DNA of 64,000 nt from the IMG/VR virus record IMGVR_UViG_3300010234_000007, positions 1 to 64,000 of that record, one strand, 5' to 3'. The translations under genes were made by a program, and so were the position numbers. This document shows, piece after piece, positions 54,725 to 63,785 of this stretch; the first letter of the stretch is position 1, and each line of letters starts with the position of its first letter. The notes beneath the pieces are model-generated. The model had not been told where the DNA came from, did not search any database, and saw nothing but the letters and a program-made list of their open reading frames with translations. This stretch comes from a virus. Its lineage: Duplodnaviria > Caudoviricetes.

Positions 54725-55363
54725 TTATGTTCTCGCTATCCTGACTTGCGCGTTGCGGTAAAAATCATGACGCAGCTTAGCCTTGCCCAACTGCTCCAAC
54801 CGCAGCATGCCCCGGTTGTATTCTTCGTTGTACAGGGCAACGAGGTCTGGCTCGCCCTTCATGTACTTGTACCCCTCCACCAGACACGCATTCAGCAACA
54901 CGGACTCGCAGTTATCGCCTAGCCACGATGTGGCGGCGGTTACGATGGTGGTGGGCTTGTAGCCGTATGCGATCTTGGACGCGTATGAGCTGTCCGGCGT
55001 CGGACCAACGATAAAAGAGTCTTTATCGAAGAACGCGTAGTATTTCGGCAGGCCGGTGTTCGTGCTCTCGTTGGGGTACGCTTCGCGAATGAACGACGGG
55101 TCTTTCTGGATCAGGTATGACCAGTTGCTTGAGCCATCCAAGACAGCGACGCCCTGAGGCCACAAGAAATCCGAAGGCAGCGACAGATACGTATTGCCCG
55201 AGGTGAATGTTCCGCTTTGGTTCTTTGTCAGGTCTGGGAACTCAGCATCGTGGTAGATTTTGTCTTCGGCCTGCTTCACGATCACGGGGATGTCGGCCAC
55301 AAACGTGGTCTCTGTGTTTTCCAGATAGTTCTGTATTGCGCTGGTCAGTTCCGTGTAATTCAT
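54725..55363 (-). CDS. Head-tail adaptor (tubular protein A-like)
   Basis: MNYTEL..AIQNY, GLPKYYA, VGPTPD, WLGDN. Confidence 0.7.
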   Translation of the reverse strand: MNYTELTSAIQNYLENTETTFVADIPVIVKQAEDKIYHDAEFPDLTKNQSGTFTSGNTYLSLPSDFLWPQGVAVLDGSSNWSYLIQKDPSFIREAYPNESTNTGLPKYYAFFDKDSFIVGPTPDSSYASKIAYGYKPTTIVTAATSWLGDNCESVLLNACLVEGYKYMKGEPDLVALYNEEYNRGMLRLEQLGKAKLRHDFYRNAQVRIART

Positions 55364-55677
55364 TACGATACCACCACTGTTACAACGCCTAGATACAATG
55401 TGATTGCCGGAAGATTACTGCCAACAGGTGACCAGCTGAACAAACGACGGCTTTCGCCCTGCGCAGTGTCTGGCCGTGGGTTTCGGAGGGCCGTGTTCTC
55501 TGTGGAGACGTGGTCCCCCAGTGAGTTCTGTGGGTGGTCCTCGTCTAAACACACCGGACAGACCAGTAGGCCGTTAGGTGCCCCGTTTTCAATCTCCTCA
55601 GACAGGCGATCCAAGTTGTACCGGAAGGAGCAGCGATCACAGAAGCCGTATGCGCGCTTGCCCCGGGCCCAACTCAT
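55363..55677 (-). CDS. Conserved Zn-finger protein (CDRC..CPVC, LRNPRPD)
   Basis: Motifs; ATGA coupling. Confidence 0.75.
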   Translation of the reverse strand: MSWARGKRAYGFCDRCSFRYNLDRLSEEIENGAPNGLLVCPVCLDEDHPQNSLGDHVSTENTALRNPRPDTAQGESRRLFSWSPVGSNLPAITLYLGVVTVVVS

Positions 55678-56360
55678 AGTGCACTCACATGTGGACGTAG
55701 GAACACCGCAGCGCGATCACGATCCTCGTCAGCCGCCATCATGTAATCTTCTTCGTACAAGCCCTTCAAGGCCGGGGCTCGTGCGTTGGATTCAGGCGAT
55801 TTTGCTTTGACCGCCAGATGGTAAGCCAGCCCGGAAATCAGCGCGGGGAGGAACCGCTCAGGCATGTCCATGGTGTTCGCGCCATTCGTGCCCGTGTCCT
55901 CGACCCGCCGGAGACGCCAGTACACGAAGGTGTAATCGCTGGTGTCGGGCACAGGCCACAGCGTAACGCTTGGCGACGTGGTGCGGCTCACCATCATCTG
56001 CAGTGGGCGACCCTGCGTGTTCTTATTCGTCTGGCTGGCATACTGCGAGAAGGAGATGCGGCGGATGGGATAGTCAGACTGGCTGGTGCCGGTGCCTGAC
56101 CGTAGTACCGAGTCCACCAGATCGATGGTCCCACTTGGCAGGTTGTATGATGCCGTGCCAGAGGTGAGGGCTTGGGTGCCCTCTTCCACCGTCCACAGGT
56201 TGATGCCGCGGTTCTGCCAATCCAGCATCATCAGGTTGATGGAGCGCCGGGCACTGGCGAGATCGTAGCCGCTACGCATCTCTACGCCCGCGCGGTCAGA
56301 CGCCTCTTCAACGATTTCAGTGATGTCGAGATTGAAGGCAGACGTGCCGCTTGTGGCCAT
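55674..56360 (-). CDS. Head-tail connector protein (MATSGT..FNLD family)
   Basis: WQNRGINLWT, LWPVPD, DMPERFLPAL. Confidence 0.75.
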   Translation of the reverse strand: MATSGTSAFNLDITEIVEEASDRAGVEMRSGYDLASARRSINLMMLDWQNRGINLWTVEEGTQALTSGTASYNLPSGTIDLVDSVLRSGTGTSQSDYPIRRISFSQYASQTNKNTQGRPLQMMVSRTTSPSVTLWPVPDTSDYTFVYWRLRRVEDTGTNGANTMDMPERFLPALISGLAYHLAVKAKSPESNARAPALKGLYEEDYMMAADEDRDRAAVFLRPHVSAL

Positions 56361-56511
56361 TAGTGAACCCTTTCCATGGCTTCGTACCAGTCCATCGGAT
56401 GCCACACATGGCTATGGACGAACTGGGCGTCTCCTTCTGCGTCTGGTTCACTGAGTAAGTATTCCTCGCAAAAGGAACAGTAAAACCATTCAGCGTCCAG
56501 AGCCTGCGCCA
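56359..56511 (-). CDS. 50-aa ORF (MAQALDAEWFYCSFCEEY...)
   Basis: Hand translation; fills gap. Confidence 0.45.
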
Positions 56512-56519
56512 TGCATCAC

Positions 56520-56795
56520 CTATTCATAGAAGATCGTTGCGGAGGTAACGTTCGTGAGGGTGATATACACATCTGTGGCGAAAACGATGCCATCATCGAA
56601 CATCACAGTGTGTGGGGTTGCGGCTGCGGGCACAGCAAGGGTGAGTTTCGCTGTCCCGCCAGAGCCACCATCCTTCAGCACCACGGAACCCGCCGTGCCA
56701 TCGCCGATGAAGTAGACACCGCGCACGCGGGCGCGGATGTCTACAACTTCTTCACTCGATGTGTGGGTGGAGGCCTTGAGGTCTCGCGTGCTCAT
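56520..56795 (-). CDS. Small virion structural protein
   Basis: RVRGVYF..G.AGSVVL.DGG..GIVF pattern. Confidence 0.7.
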   Translation of the reverse strand: MSTRDLKASTHTSSEEVVDIRARVRGVYFIGDGTAGSVVLKDGGSGGTAKLTLAVPAAATPHTVMFDDGIVFATDVYITLTNVTSATIFYE

Positions 56796-56796
56796 A

Positions 56797-57291
56797 CTAC
56801 GCCTGCTTGTACAGGATAGTCACACGTGCGGAGCCAGCCGTGGCGTCAGCGACCGACTGGTCATACTGAGCAACAGCGGTAACCGCGGTTCCGCCAACAT
56901 CGTCCCAGTCCGCAAGCGGCACCGATGCAGTCGAGGAGCCGACCGTGCGGCCAGCCGAAGACACGTCAACGTTAAGGACGAACTCGTCCACGTCGGTCGA
57001 GATGCCGACATCAATCAGATCAGTGCCTGAGCTGTCAAACGCTGTCAGCACATCCACCCAGACTTCGAGGACCTGAGCGTTGGCAGGCAGCGTGCCCAGC
57101 GTGACTGGGGAGCCGTCGTTAGCGAACCCGACAAGGCCGGTGAGGACCAGCACAGAGCCGGAGCCAGAAAGCGCGCCGGTAGAGGTGACGGTGCCAGTTG
57201 CCGTAATGTTCCCGGTAACAGCGACGTTACCTGCAGATGTGATGCCCGCCTCGGTCGTGACGATGGGGCCTGAAAAACTAGTCGTACCCAT
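56797..57291 (-). CDS. Capsid decoration/cement-like protein (MGTTSFSGP family)
   Basis: AGGAG SD; beta-rich. Confidence 0.65.
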   Translation of the reverse strand: MGTTSFSGPIVTTEAGITSAGNVAVTGNITATGTVTSTGALSGSGSVLVLTGLVGFANDGSPVTLGTLPANAQVLEVWVDVLTAFDSSGTDLIDVGISTDVDEFVLNVDVSSAGRTVGSSTASVPLADWDDVGGTAVTAVAQYDQSVADATAGSARVTILYKQA

Positions 57292-57380
57292 TTTGTTCTC
57301 CTGTGTGGAATGAAAGCCCGATCCGTCTACACAGCGTCATCAGGAGAGGTGGGTGCCAGCTCCATCCGTCATCACGGGCA

Positions 57381-57406
57381 TAAAAAAAGCCCCCGAGAGG
57401 GAGCTT
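57381..57406 (-). terminator. Rho-independent terminator
   Basis: AGCTCCC-TCTC-GGGGGCT followed by T7. Confidence 0.8.
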
Positions 57407-57434
57407 GTGCATTGTCTGTCTATAGCATAGTTGA

Positions 57435-57605
57435 TCAGAGATGTCTAGGTTTTTTTCGGGCGAAGAATATGGGTCGGTCCTCGGTATCGAGGGCGGTGTA
57501 CAAATATAAGGTCCCGTTAGGGTGCATCTCGAAGACGTAGACCAAACCATCTCCTTGAGTCTTGTGGCCAAACACCGTGTGGTCAGCGAACCCGTAGCGT
57601 CTCAA
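57435..57605 (-). CDS. Mini-protein family-like (VFEMHPNGTLYL); start uncertain
   Basis: 3' part of ORF track entry 57435..57713. Confidence 0.5.
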   Translation of the reverse strand: MRRYGFADHTVFGHKTQGDGLVYVFEMHPNGTLYLYTALDTEDRPIFFARKKPRHL

Positions 57606-57819
57606 CCACGCCAACTCGTGCGTAGTATTCGTCGAAGGCGTCTTGTACAATCTCTTGCCTCTCCTTGCCGATCTTCGCTTCGAGCGCCTCAAGATTTTTG
57701 TAGCTAATTTCATACTTGCATTCCCCGCAGTGGAGGTACATGCCGTCAGCGCGAGATTTGTACGTCACATGAATGCCGCACGTGGGGCACACGCCGTTTA
57801 GCAGCGTGGCGTGGATCAT
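57583..57819 (-). CDS. Zn-ribbon protein (CPTCG..CGEC)
   Basis: Two CxxC pairs. Confidence 0.65.
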   Translation of the reverse strand: MIHATLLNGVCPTCGIHVTYKSRADGMYLHCGECKYEISYKNLEALEAKIGKERQEIVQDAFDEYYARVGVVETLRVR

Positions 57820-57826
57820 GTGTATC

Positions 57827-58000
57827 TTAAGTGAAGTAGCGATGGACGAAACTCCTTGATCCCTGAAACCTCTCCACTATACCGTCCTTGAACACAAACA
57901 GCTTGCCGTTTTGACGGGTTATCGCGATGGCAAATTCAACCTCACTATCTTGAAACAGGAGGGCGATATCATCCTTAAACCGCGTGATGGGAGCCTCACC
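57827..58000 (-). CDS. Mini-protein family-like (IAITRQNGKLFV); start uncertain or frameshifted
   Basis: 3' part of ORF track entry 57827..58234. Confidence 0.45.
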   Translation of the reverse strand, partial: GEAPITRFKDDIALLFQDSEVEFAIAITRQNGKLFVFKDGIVERFQGSRSFVHRYFT

Positions 58001-58067
58001 TGCTTTCTCCTTCTTCGCTTCATCACGGCCATTATGCCATGGGTCGCGGCGCAGATAAACCTCAGAA

Positions 58068-58394
58068 CTAGTCTCGGTTGAAGTATCGGTCGTCAAAGTC
58101 AAAGATTGTCCTACCCGTTGATGCGCGTAACGCGTTGGGGTCGTCATCGAACGTATGGCCTTCCAGAATGTGGTCTGCGTGGCGTCCCTTGGACGGGCCT
58201 CCAGACCAGCGCTTGCGGCGGAACGGCAGGGCATCGGGGCCCAGTTTCGCCCGTGTGTTCTGTATGATGTATATCCCCTGCTTACCGGGCAGGTCGGGGA
58301 ACATCTCGGGGCCGGTTTTACCCTGTGCCCACTGGTCCATTACGTACTTGTCCCGCTCATTGGCGTTGGCGGGGTATTCTGGTGTCTTTGGCAA
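58068..58394 (-). CDS. Hypothetical protein
   Basis: GGAGG SD; own promoter. Confidence 0.65.
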   Translation of the reverse strand: MPKTPEYPANANERDKYVMDQWAQGKTGPEMFPDLPGKQGIYIIQNTRAKLGPDALPFRRKRWSGGPSKGRHADHILEGHTFDDDPNALRASTGRTIFDFDDRYFNRD

Positions 58395-58418
58395 GTCATA
58401 CCTCCCGGTTAAAGGGGT

Positions 58419-58446
58419 ATTCTATACCTACCAAGAACAGTGTCAA
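58419..58446 (-). promoter_or_regulatory. sigma70-type promoter TTGACA-N16-TAGAAT
   Basis: Near-consensus. Confidence 0.75.
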
Positions 58447-58670
58447 GCCTGCTGATCGCGCCATATCTCCAGCAGCCGCACGTGGGAGCTATTCACTTCC
58501 ATCACGTCCATGGTGTAGACGCCACGGGTGTCCCAAGACGACTGTGCGCTGATGAAGTTCTCAGCGAGACCCTGCTCATCGAAGAGGGCGACGACACGCT
58601 CGCGCATCATTGCTTCCCCGCCGGGGTTCTCGTTATAGGCTCGTTGCACAATGAACATTCGCTTCTCCAT
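58443..58670 (-). CDS. Hypothetical protein
   Basis: ORF track; own promoter. Confidence 0.6.
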   Translation of the reverse strand: MEKRMFIVQRAYNENPGGEAMMRERVVALFDEQGLAENFISAQSSWDTRGVYTMDVMEVNSSHVRLLEIWRDQQA

Positions 58671-58676
58671 GATCAA

Positions 58677-58705
58677 ATGTTACATAAAAAGGAAAAGCCT
58701 GTCAA
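58677..58705 (-). promoter_or_regulatory. sigma70-type promoter TTGACA-N17-TAACAT
   Basis: Near-consensus. Confidence 0.75.
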
Positions 58706-58715
58706 GCGTTGCCGC

Positions 58716-58964
58716 TCACTTTTTTTTGCGCCCAGCTTTCTTCGTGCGGGGGAACGAGCGGTTCTTGGACGGCTTCTCCATCTTCAGGTTGCTCAGCTTG
58801 TTGTTGCTCGTGTTGTTGTCCTTGTGGGCCACATCCTTGCCGTCACCCACAGACGCCTTGCCAGCCTTGATCATCTTGCGTCGCGCAGTGTTGCGCTGAA
58901 CGCGCTTCTTGATCTGCGCTGGCTTCTTCTTGTATTTGTTCTCTTTCTGATAATCACGCGGCAT
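58716..58964 (-). CDS. HNH-type small basic protein
   Basis: DVAHKD.N..NN..SNL...NRSF. Confidence 0.8.
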   Translation of the reverse strand: MPRDYQKENKYKKKPAQIKKRVQRNTARRKMIKAGKASVGDGKDVAHKDNNTSNNKLSNLKMEKPSKNRSFPRTKKAGRKKK

Positions 58965-59382
58965 CTGTATCGCCTTTCGTCCCTAATTCTTGAACCTTCA
59001 CGCCAGCTTCATCAAAAAGCCAAACGCTCGATGTAAAACGCTCAGCTGTTTTTAGATACACCACACGCCTTATACCCGCCTGAATGATGTGCTTCGCGCA
59101 GTCCTCGCATGGCTCATGTGTGGCATACAGAGTACCAGCTGCACATGATCTGCCAGCAAAAAGGATGGCGTTCATCTCGGCGTGGATAACACGTTTGTAT
59201 TTCTCATCTCGGTTATTCAGCTTCTCGGGGCTATCAGGTATAGCCTGCGGGAAGCCATTGTATCCCGTGCCTGCAACACGCCCATCAGCGTCCAAGACAA
59301 GAGCCCCGACTTTGGTTGATGGGTCTTTGGATAAACTTGCCGCGGCTTCTGCCATGGCGATATAGGCGTGGTCTTTGTCCAA
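58954..59382 (-). CDS. dCMP deaminase
   Basis: SKDPSTKVGA, GYNG, HAEMNAI, PCEDC. Confidence 0.92.
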   Translation of the reverse strand: MDKDHAYIAMAEAAASLSKDPSTKVGALVLDADGRVAGTGYNGFPQAIPDSPEKLNNRDEKYKRVIHAEMNAILFAGRSCAAGTLYATHEPCEDCAKHIIQAGIRRVVYLKTAERFTSSVWLFDEAGVKVQELGTKGDTDAA

Positions 59383-59383
59383 G

Positions 59384-59638
59384 TTACGACAGGATTTCCA
59401 GCTTCGTGGCTTCCAGCATCATCACCACCTCCGGCACATCTGCACCAGCCACATGCCAATGGTACCTACCGCCATCCTCAGCCTCAACCCGGCAGATAAT
59501 CACCGCAGAGGAGAGCTTCGAGGTGTCGCTGGTGGCGAGGAGGTGCCTGAGCAACTCATCTGGAGTCCAGCCCTTAGCGTCCTGTGACCGTTCACTGCGC
59601 TCAGCGCCGAGTACTACAACGTTGTCGTCAGACATCAC
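59384..59638 (-). CDS. Hypothetical protein
   Basis: ORF track; coupled. Confidence 0.65.
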   Translation of the reverse strand: MMSDDNVVVLGAERSERSQDAKGWTPDELLRHLLATSDTSKLSSAVIICRVEAEDGGRYHWHVAGADVPEVVMMLEATKLEILS

Positions 59639-59991
59639 TTAGGCTCCGTGTCACAGGGTGGGTACACGGTGTCAAAACCGTCGTCCTCAGGAACGCACTT
59701 GGGGTTCCGGCATTGCGTCTTGCCCGGGCGCACCACTTCCTCCCACTCGTTGCAGCGAGGACAGCGATAACCCACGTGCTCGTTAAACGGGTCCTGCGCC
59801 CACTCCGGGGGGCGTTCGTCCTGCTTTGGCTTGTTATGCCATGGGTACGGGCCCTGCATAGAGATGCGCTCTCCCTCTGTACCTAGCGCCGCGCGGCCTC
59901 GCGCGGTGCGTTTACGTAAATCTTCAAAAATCTTACGAGAAACTTCCAACTCAGTCACGGTTCGCGTATTTCCATGGGCGAGGTTCATCAC
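59635..59991 (-). CDS. Hypothetical protein with Zn ribbon (CPRC..CRNPKC)
   Basis: ORF track. Confidence 0.55.
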   Translation of the reverse strand: MMNLAHGNTRTVTELEVSRKIFEDLRKRTARGRAALGTEGERISMQGPYPWHNKPKQDERPPEWAQDPFNEHVGYRCPRCNEWEEVVRPGKTQCRNPKCVPEDDGFDTVYPPCDTEPK

Positions 59992-60130
59992 CTTGGATAT
60001 TAGCGGATTTCACTAACACCCAATTCCACACACGGTATAATGAGAACCGATCAGGCAAGATGAGATCATCAAATTCCTGTATGCCCCACCCGATATAATA
60101 CATCACATAAGCTAAACAGCGACGCAGCAT
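59951..60130 (-). CDS. Hypothetical protein (MLRRCLAYVMYYIGWG...)
   Basis: GGAG SD. Confidence 0.55.
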   Translation of the reverse strand: MLRRCLAYVMYYIGWGIQEFDDLILPDRFSLYRVWNWVLVKSANIQGDEPRPWKYANRD

Positions 60131-60149
60131 ACGTATCTCCAAAACGATG

Positions 60150-60175
60150 GTAAGGGGAGAGCCGAAGCTCCCCCC
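60150..60175 (-). terminator. UUCG-loop hairpin downstream of the capsid gene, probable terminator
   Basis: GGGGAGC-TTCG-GCTCTCCCC-TT; short U-tract. Confidence 0.55.
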
Positions 60176-60232
60176 AAACCTGCCCATCTGTCTTTCCCGA
60201 ACCTGCACATTGAGCACCGGTTCAGAATGCTG

Positions 60233-60261
60233 AGGTTATGAGCACCCCAGCTGGTTGTCAA
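60233..60261 (-). promoter_or_regulatory. sigma70-type promoter TTGACA-N17-TAACCT
   Basis: Directly after capsid stop codon. Confidence 0.65.
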
Positions 60262-60273
60262 GCGGAAAACCGC

Positions 60274-61179
60274 TTAGCCACCAGACGTGCCGTAGAGACC
60301 CAGCGGGTCAGACACGCCAAAGGAATACCTTTCGCGAGCCTTGTACCGGATATTGCCAGTCTCGAAATCACCGTCCGAAGAGGTTTTCAACGGAACACGG
60401 TTGAACATCTTCGCGCCATTCGGCACGTCGGTCTTCAGGAACCATGCGTCGGTGTCGGTCAGGTAGTTGTTAACACACCAGCCGCCCGGGATAGCCCCGT
60501 TCGAGCGCAGTGCGTTGATGTCGTTGTCAGCGGTACCGACACGGTGCTCTGTCTCCAGAACGCGTGTGGCAACGAACTGCAAGGCAGACGGGATAACCAT
60601 CTTAACCGGGCGAGCAGCGATCAACAGACCGCGTTCGTCCACCCAGTCAGCGATTGCGATAATCGCAGCTTCCAGAGACGTTTCGTTGAGATCGACATCA
60701 GTTGCCGGACGGTTTGCGTTCGTACCACCAGTCCACAGGGGATGGGAAGCACTAAACAGCGCCACGCCGTCGCCGGTCGTGTACGCGGAGAAACCGTCAT
60801 TGAGAATGGCAGCGGCCTTCACCTGCTTGGTGTAAGCCATGGCTCGTGCCATTGCCTTCGTGTAACGCGCGGAAAGACTATCGTACAGATTGTCCTCCAT
60901 GGCCTCTTCCGTGATGGAAAACGCCATGGCAATGGCCTCGTGCGTGTAGCGCGCGGTCCAGAGTTCCTGAGCATTATCGAACGCAACAGCAGCACCCTCG
61001 CCCTTTACAGGCGCGGCACCAAACCCGGCGAGTTTCACCTCTTCCTCGAACGAACGGTTCGAGTTTTCGGTATCGAAAATCTCCGTGTGCTGGTTCTCGT
61101 ACTTCTTGTACTCCAACCCAAACAAAGCGTTAAGGCCGGGGATCAGCTCTTTCAGCAGCTGTGCGCGTGAAATAGCCAT
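60274..61179 (-). CDS. Major capsid protein
   Basis: MAISRAQLLKELIPGLNALFGLEY, GDGVALFS..HP, YKARERYSFG..DP.G.YG. Confidence 0.92.
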   Translation of the reverse strand: MAISRAQLLKELIPGLNALFGLEYKKYENQHTEIFDTENSNRSFEEEVKLAGFGAAPVKGEGAAVAFDNAQELWTARYTHEAIAMAFSITEEAMEDNLYDSLSARYTKAMARAMAYTKQVKAAAILNDGFSAYTTGDGVALFSASHPLWTGGTNANRPATDVDLNETSLEAAIIAIADWVDERGLLIAARPVKMVIPSALQFVATRVLETEHRVGTADNDINALRSNGAIPGGWCVNNYLTDTDAWFLKTDVPNGAKMFNRVPLKTSSDGDFETGNIRYKARERYSFGVSDPLGLYGTSGG

Positions 61180-61195
61180 AGGTTACCTCCTATCC

Positions 61196-61771
61196 TTAAA
61201 CGCCAGTCGCGTTGCCGTATGCGTGGCCTGCGTTCCACTTCACGATACAGTCGGTGTAAGCATCACCAACCGTCGAGAAAGGACCGTCCACGAAATCGAC
61301 AAGACGAAGGGGGAGTGTGTTAGTGGTGGCAGTCGAGTCACCATCCAACGCGACGCCGGAACGACCCAGCGCGGTGTTGGCGGTGCCCTGCACCACTGCG
61401 AAATTACTGCCCAGCATTGCTTGGGTGACGGCATCGTCAGCCTGAATCTGGAACAGCATGTCGGGGTCATCGACCACATAAGCATACGCATCGGACGCCA
61501 CCGTGTCGGCGGGCCAGAGGTCGTTATGCAGCAGATAACCAAGCGACGGGTCGGTATACTCGCAACCGACAAACACACCGATGGGGGTACAGGCGGTCGT
61601 GCCTGCGTCCTTCTCGATGGTGCCTGCGGCAACCAGTTTAACGATGTCTCCCGTCACGATGTTGGTATCGTACCCTGAAGCGATTTTGATCTTGCGGAAC
61701 GACTGATTGTTGTGTCCACCGCCGATCAGATTCAGAGGGCGCATACCATACGGAAGGGCTGTAGTAGCCAT
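61196..61771 (-). CDS. Minor capsid / decoration protein
   Basis: PYGMRP, IVTGD.V, VVDDPD..F.IQAD; precedes capsid gene. Confidence 0.75.
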   Translation of the reverse strand: MATTALPYGMRPLNLIGGGHNNQSFRKIKIASGYDTNIVTGDIVKLVAAGTIEKDAGTTACTPIGVFVGCEYTDPSLGYLLHNDLWPADTVASDAYAYVVDDPDMLFQIQADDAVTQAMLGSNFAVVQGTANTALGRSGVALDGDSTATTNTLPLRLVDFVDGPFSTVGDAYTDCIVKWNAGHAYGNATGV

Positions 61772-61816
61772 TTCTATGCTCCTTGTTAATCCAGCCCTAT
61801 CTAACTCTCGCCCGAA

Positions 61817-62260
61817 CTACGAGTCGGATGGGGCTCGGCCAAATGATTGTCGCGTATGTGTTTCCGGTCTCGAAAGCGGCATACGCGGGTCACTTTCCCT
61901 CATTAGGTTTGCTTCCACACTAGCCACCTGCTGCTGGTTTTTCTGGTCGTAGTATTCACGACGCGATAGGTACACTTCTTCTGGGATACGGCACAGAATA
62001 AGGCCACCTACTTCAGCGATGCCGGAGTCACCAAGCTGCAGCTCTGGGTATTCCGACAGATCAACCGGCTTGTAGCCTTCACGGGCGCGTTTGCCCATGG
62101 ATGATTTGTCGGCTTCACCAAGAATGTCCTTGCGGACCCAGCGATGATGCCAACCGGGTTGGGGTCTAGGGTCTGGAAGCATAGAGGGCGGCGTCCAGCT
62201 TTGCGCTCGCATCTCATCGTTTCGGGTGTCGAGATCACGAGGTGTGCGGTCTTCAGCCAT
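61817..62260 (-). CDS. Conserved head-module protein
   Basis: WTPPSMLPDP, HRWVR, EVGGLILCRIPEE. Confidence 0.8.
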   Translation of the reverse strand: MAEDRTPRDLDTRNDEMRAQSWTPPSMLPDPRPQPGWHHRWVRKDILGEADKSSMGKRAREGYKPVDLSEYPELQLGDSGIAEVGGLILCRIPEEVYLSRREYYDQKNQQQVASVEANLMRESDPRMPLSRPETHTRQSFGRAPSDS

Positions 62261-63275
62261 TTGCTCTCTGCTCCTTCAGCAGTGATTTAGCATAATCCTC
62301 ATAGGAGATGCTAAGGGAGTCGCACAATTGCTTTTGCGACTCAGTCAGTTGCACCCGGCGCGGGCCGCGTTTGCCAGAAGAACGGTTGGCTGGCGCGACA
62401 CGGGAGGTTTTTCGGGTGGGTGCAGTTTCCCCGAAAAAATCTGGGAATGCCGTCTGCATGGCGTTATCGATGCGTCCGTAGTACGCTTCTGGATCGGCAT
62501 CGACACTCACACCTTGGTTGTGAAGCCGTAGGTGTGTTGCGTAGGCAAAATTCGTCATGTCATCGCGACCCGGTGCATTGAACCACTGGTTCTTCTGCAG
62601 CCACTTCGCGAGACGTGGGTCTGGAGCCGGAGGCGCTTGCGGTGCAGGCGCTGCTTGCGGCTGGTTGTTCTGGGTTGGTTCCGTAGGTGTTCTGTACGAA
62701 ACCATCTCTGCGTTCGCGCGCTGAACATGCAAATCTGCCAAACGAGACTGCATTTCCACGGTGAGGTCTGTATCGCCCTCCTCCATGGCATCACGCATCT
62801 GCTGCTGGGTCAGCTCGATTTCTGACTCGATCCGGCCCTTGGAGACCTCGCCGAGTAAGACATCGCCTTCAGCGCGCTCGCGGCGCATGCTTTCCAGTTC
62901 AGAATTGACACGCTGCAAATGCGCGACAGCTTCACGCTGGACGCGCTCGGCCTGATCAGCCCGGCGGCGTTCGTTGTGGTAGTTGCGGTGCGCTTTACGC
63001 AGACGCTTCTTGAAGCCAGTCTGACCGGATGGGGCGTTCTCGTCGAGATACTGCTCCAGCTCCGCTTCAGACATACCCTGCGTAGCCTGTAGCTCCGCGT
63101 CTAGGTCGTCGTCAGATGGCTCACCGTCCTGTGCATGCTCCCGGTCTTCCGGTGGCATGTCATCGACGATTTCAATTTCAAGCTCGTCATCGTCATCGAT
63201 GAAGCGTTCGCTTTCATCCTCCTGACGCATGACTTTCTCGGCATTCTCTTCGTGTTCAAACGGGCCGCTTGTCAT
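62253..63275 (-). CDS. Capsid scaffolding protein
   Basis: Acidic N-terminus, long coiled coil, C-terminal VQLTESQ...YAK; synteny. Confidence 0.75.
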   Translation of the reverse strand: MTSGPFEHEENAEKVMRQEDESERFIDDDDELEIEIVDDMPPEDREHAQDGEPSDDDLDAELQATQGMSEAELEQYLDENAPSGQTGFKKRLRKAHRNYHNERRRADQAERVQREAVAHLQRVNSELESMRRERAEGDVLLGEVSKGRIESEIELTQQQMRDAMEEGDTDLTVEMQSRLADLHVQRANAEMVSYRTPTEPTQNNQPQAAPAPQAPPAPDPRLAKWLQKNQWFNAPGRDDMTNFAYATHLRLHNQGVSVDADPEAYYGRIDNAMQTAFPDFFGETAPTRKTSRVAPANRSSGKRGPRRVQLTESQKQLCDSLSISYEDYAKSLLKEQRANG

Positions 63276-63604
63276 TTACGTACAATCCCTTCAGGATTTT
63301 CAACCACAGCCTGCACGCTGTCGTCATTGATGAGACGGTAATGCTCGTCTCCAACGTCAAAACGCACACCTGAATAGGCCTGCATCATGATAAAGTCCCC
63401 GACATTGCAGTAGGGACCGTTGGGAAAACGGGTCTTATCGGCATATGCATCGCTACCCATCGCCACGACTTCCGCGGTGATAGATGCGAGACTTTCTTTG
63501 TGGTGCACATCCTGAGGCAGGATGATGCCACCTGCAGTCGTCTCACTTAGCTCAAAAGGCTTCACGAGAAGACGGTAGCCTGTCGGCTTGGGGAGATCAG
63601 CCAT
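63272..63604 (-). CDS. groES: GroES-like co-chaperonin
   Basis: PTGYRLLV, TAGGIILP, VVAMG..AY, YRLINDDSV.AVV. Confidence 0.9.
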   Translation of the reverse strand: MADLPKPTGYRLLVKPFELSETTAGGIILPQDVHHKESLASITAEVVAMGSDAYADKTRFPNGPYCNVGDFIMMQAYSGVRFDVGDEHYRLINDDSVQAVVENPEGIVRK

Positions 63605-63785
63605 CGGCATCCTCCTCACGCTGTTCAAGCTCTTCGATCCGCTCCAAAACAGCATATATCCCACGGATCACACCGCAACGGTGGCGGTATTCCTCGTAGT
63701 TCTCTGCCGCGCCGTCGGCCAAGGCGTCTGCTTGGTCATTCAGCTGATTGCGGATTTCCTTCTTTACTACCGCTAGTATTTCCAT
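63597..63785 (-). CDS. Conserved small helical protein
   Basis: NYEEYRH.CGVIRG motif; between portal and GroES. Confidence 0.7.
   Translation of the reverse strand: MEILAVVKKEIRNQLNDQADALADGAAENYEEYRHRCGVIRGIYAVLERIEELEQREEDADG

Noticed and set aside
57300-57380. Hammerhead ribozyme (CTGATGA on minus strand; TGATGAC occurs twice)
   Set aside because: No GAAA core after a stem II. May still be a structured 5' leader but unsupported as a ribozyme.
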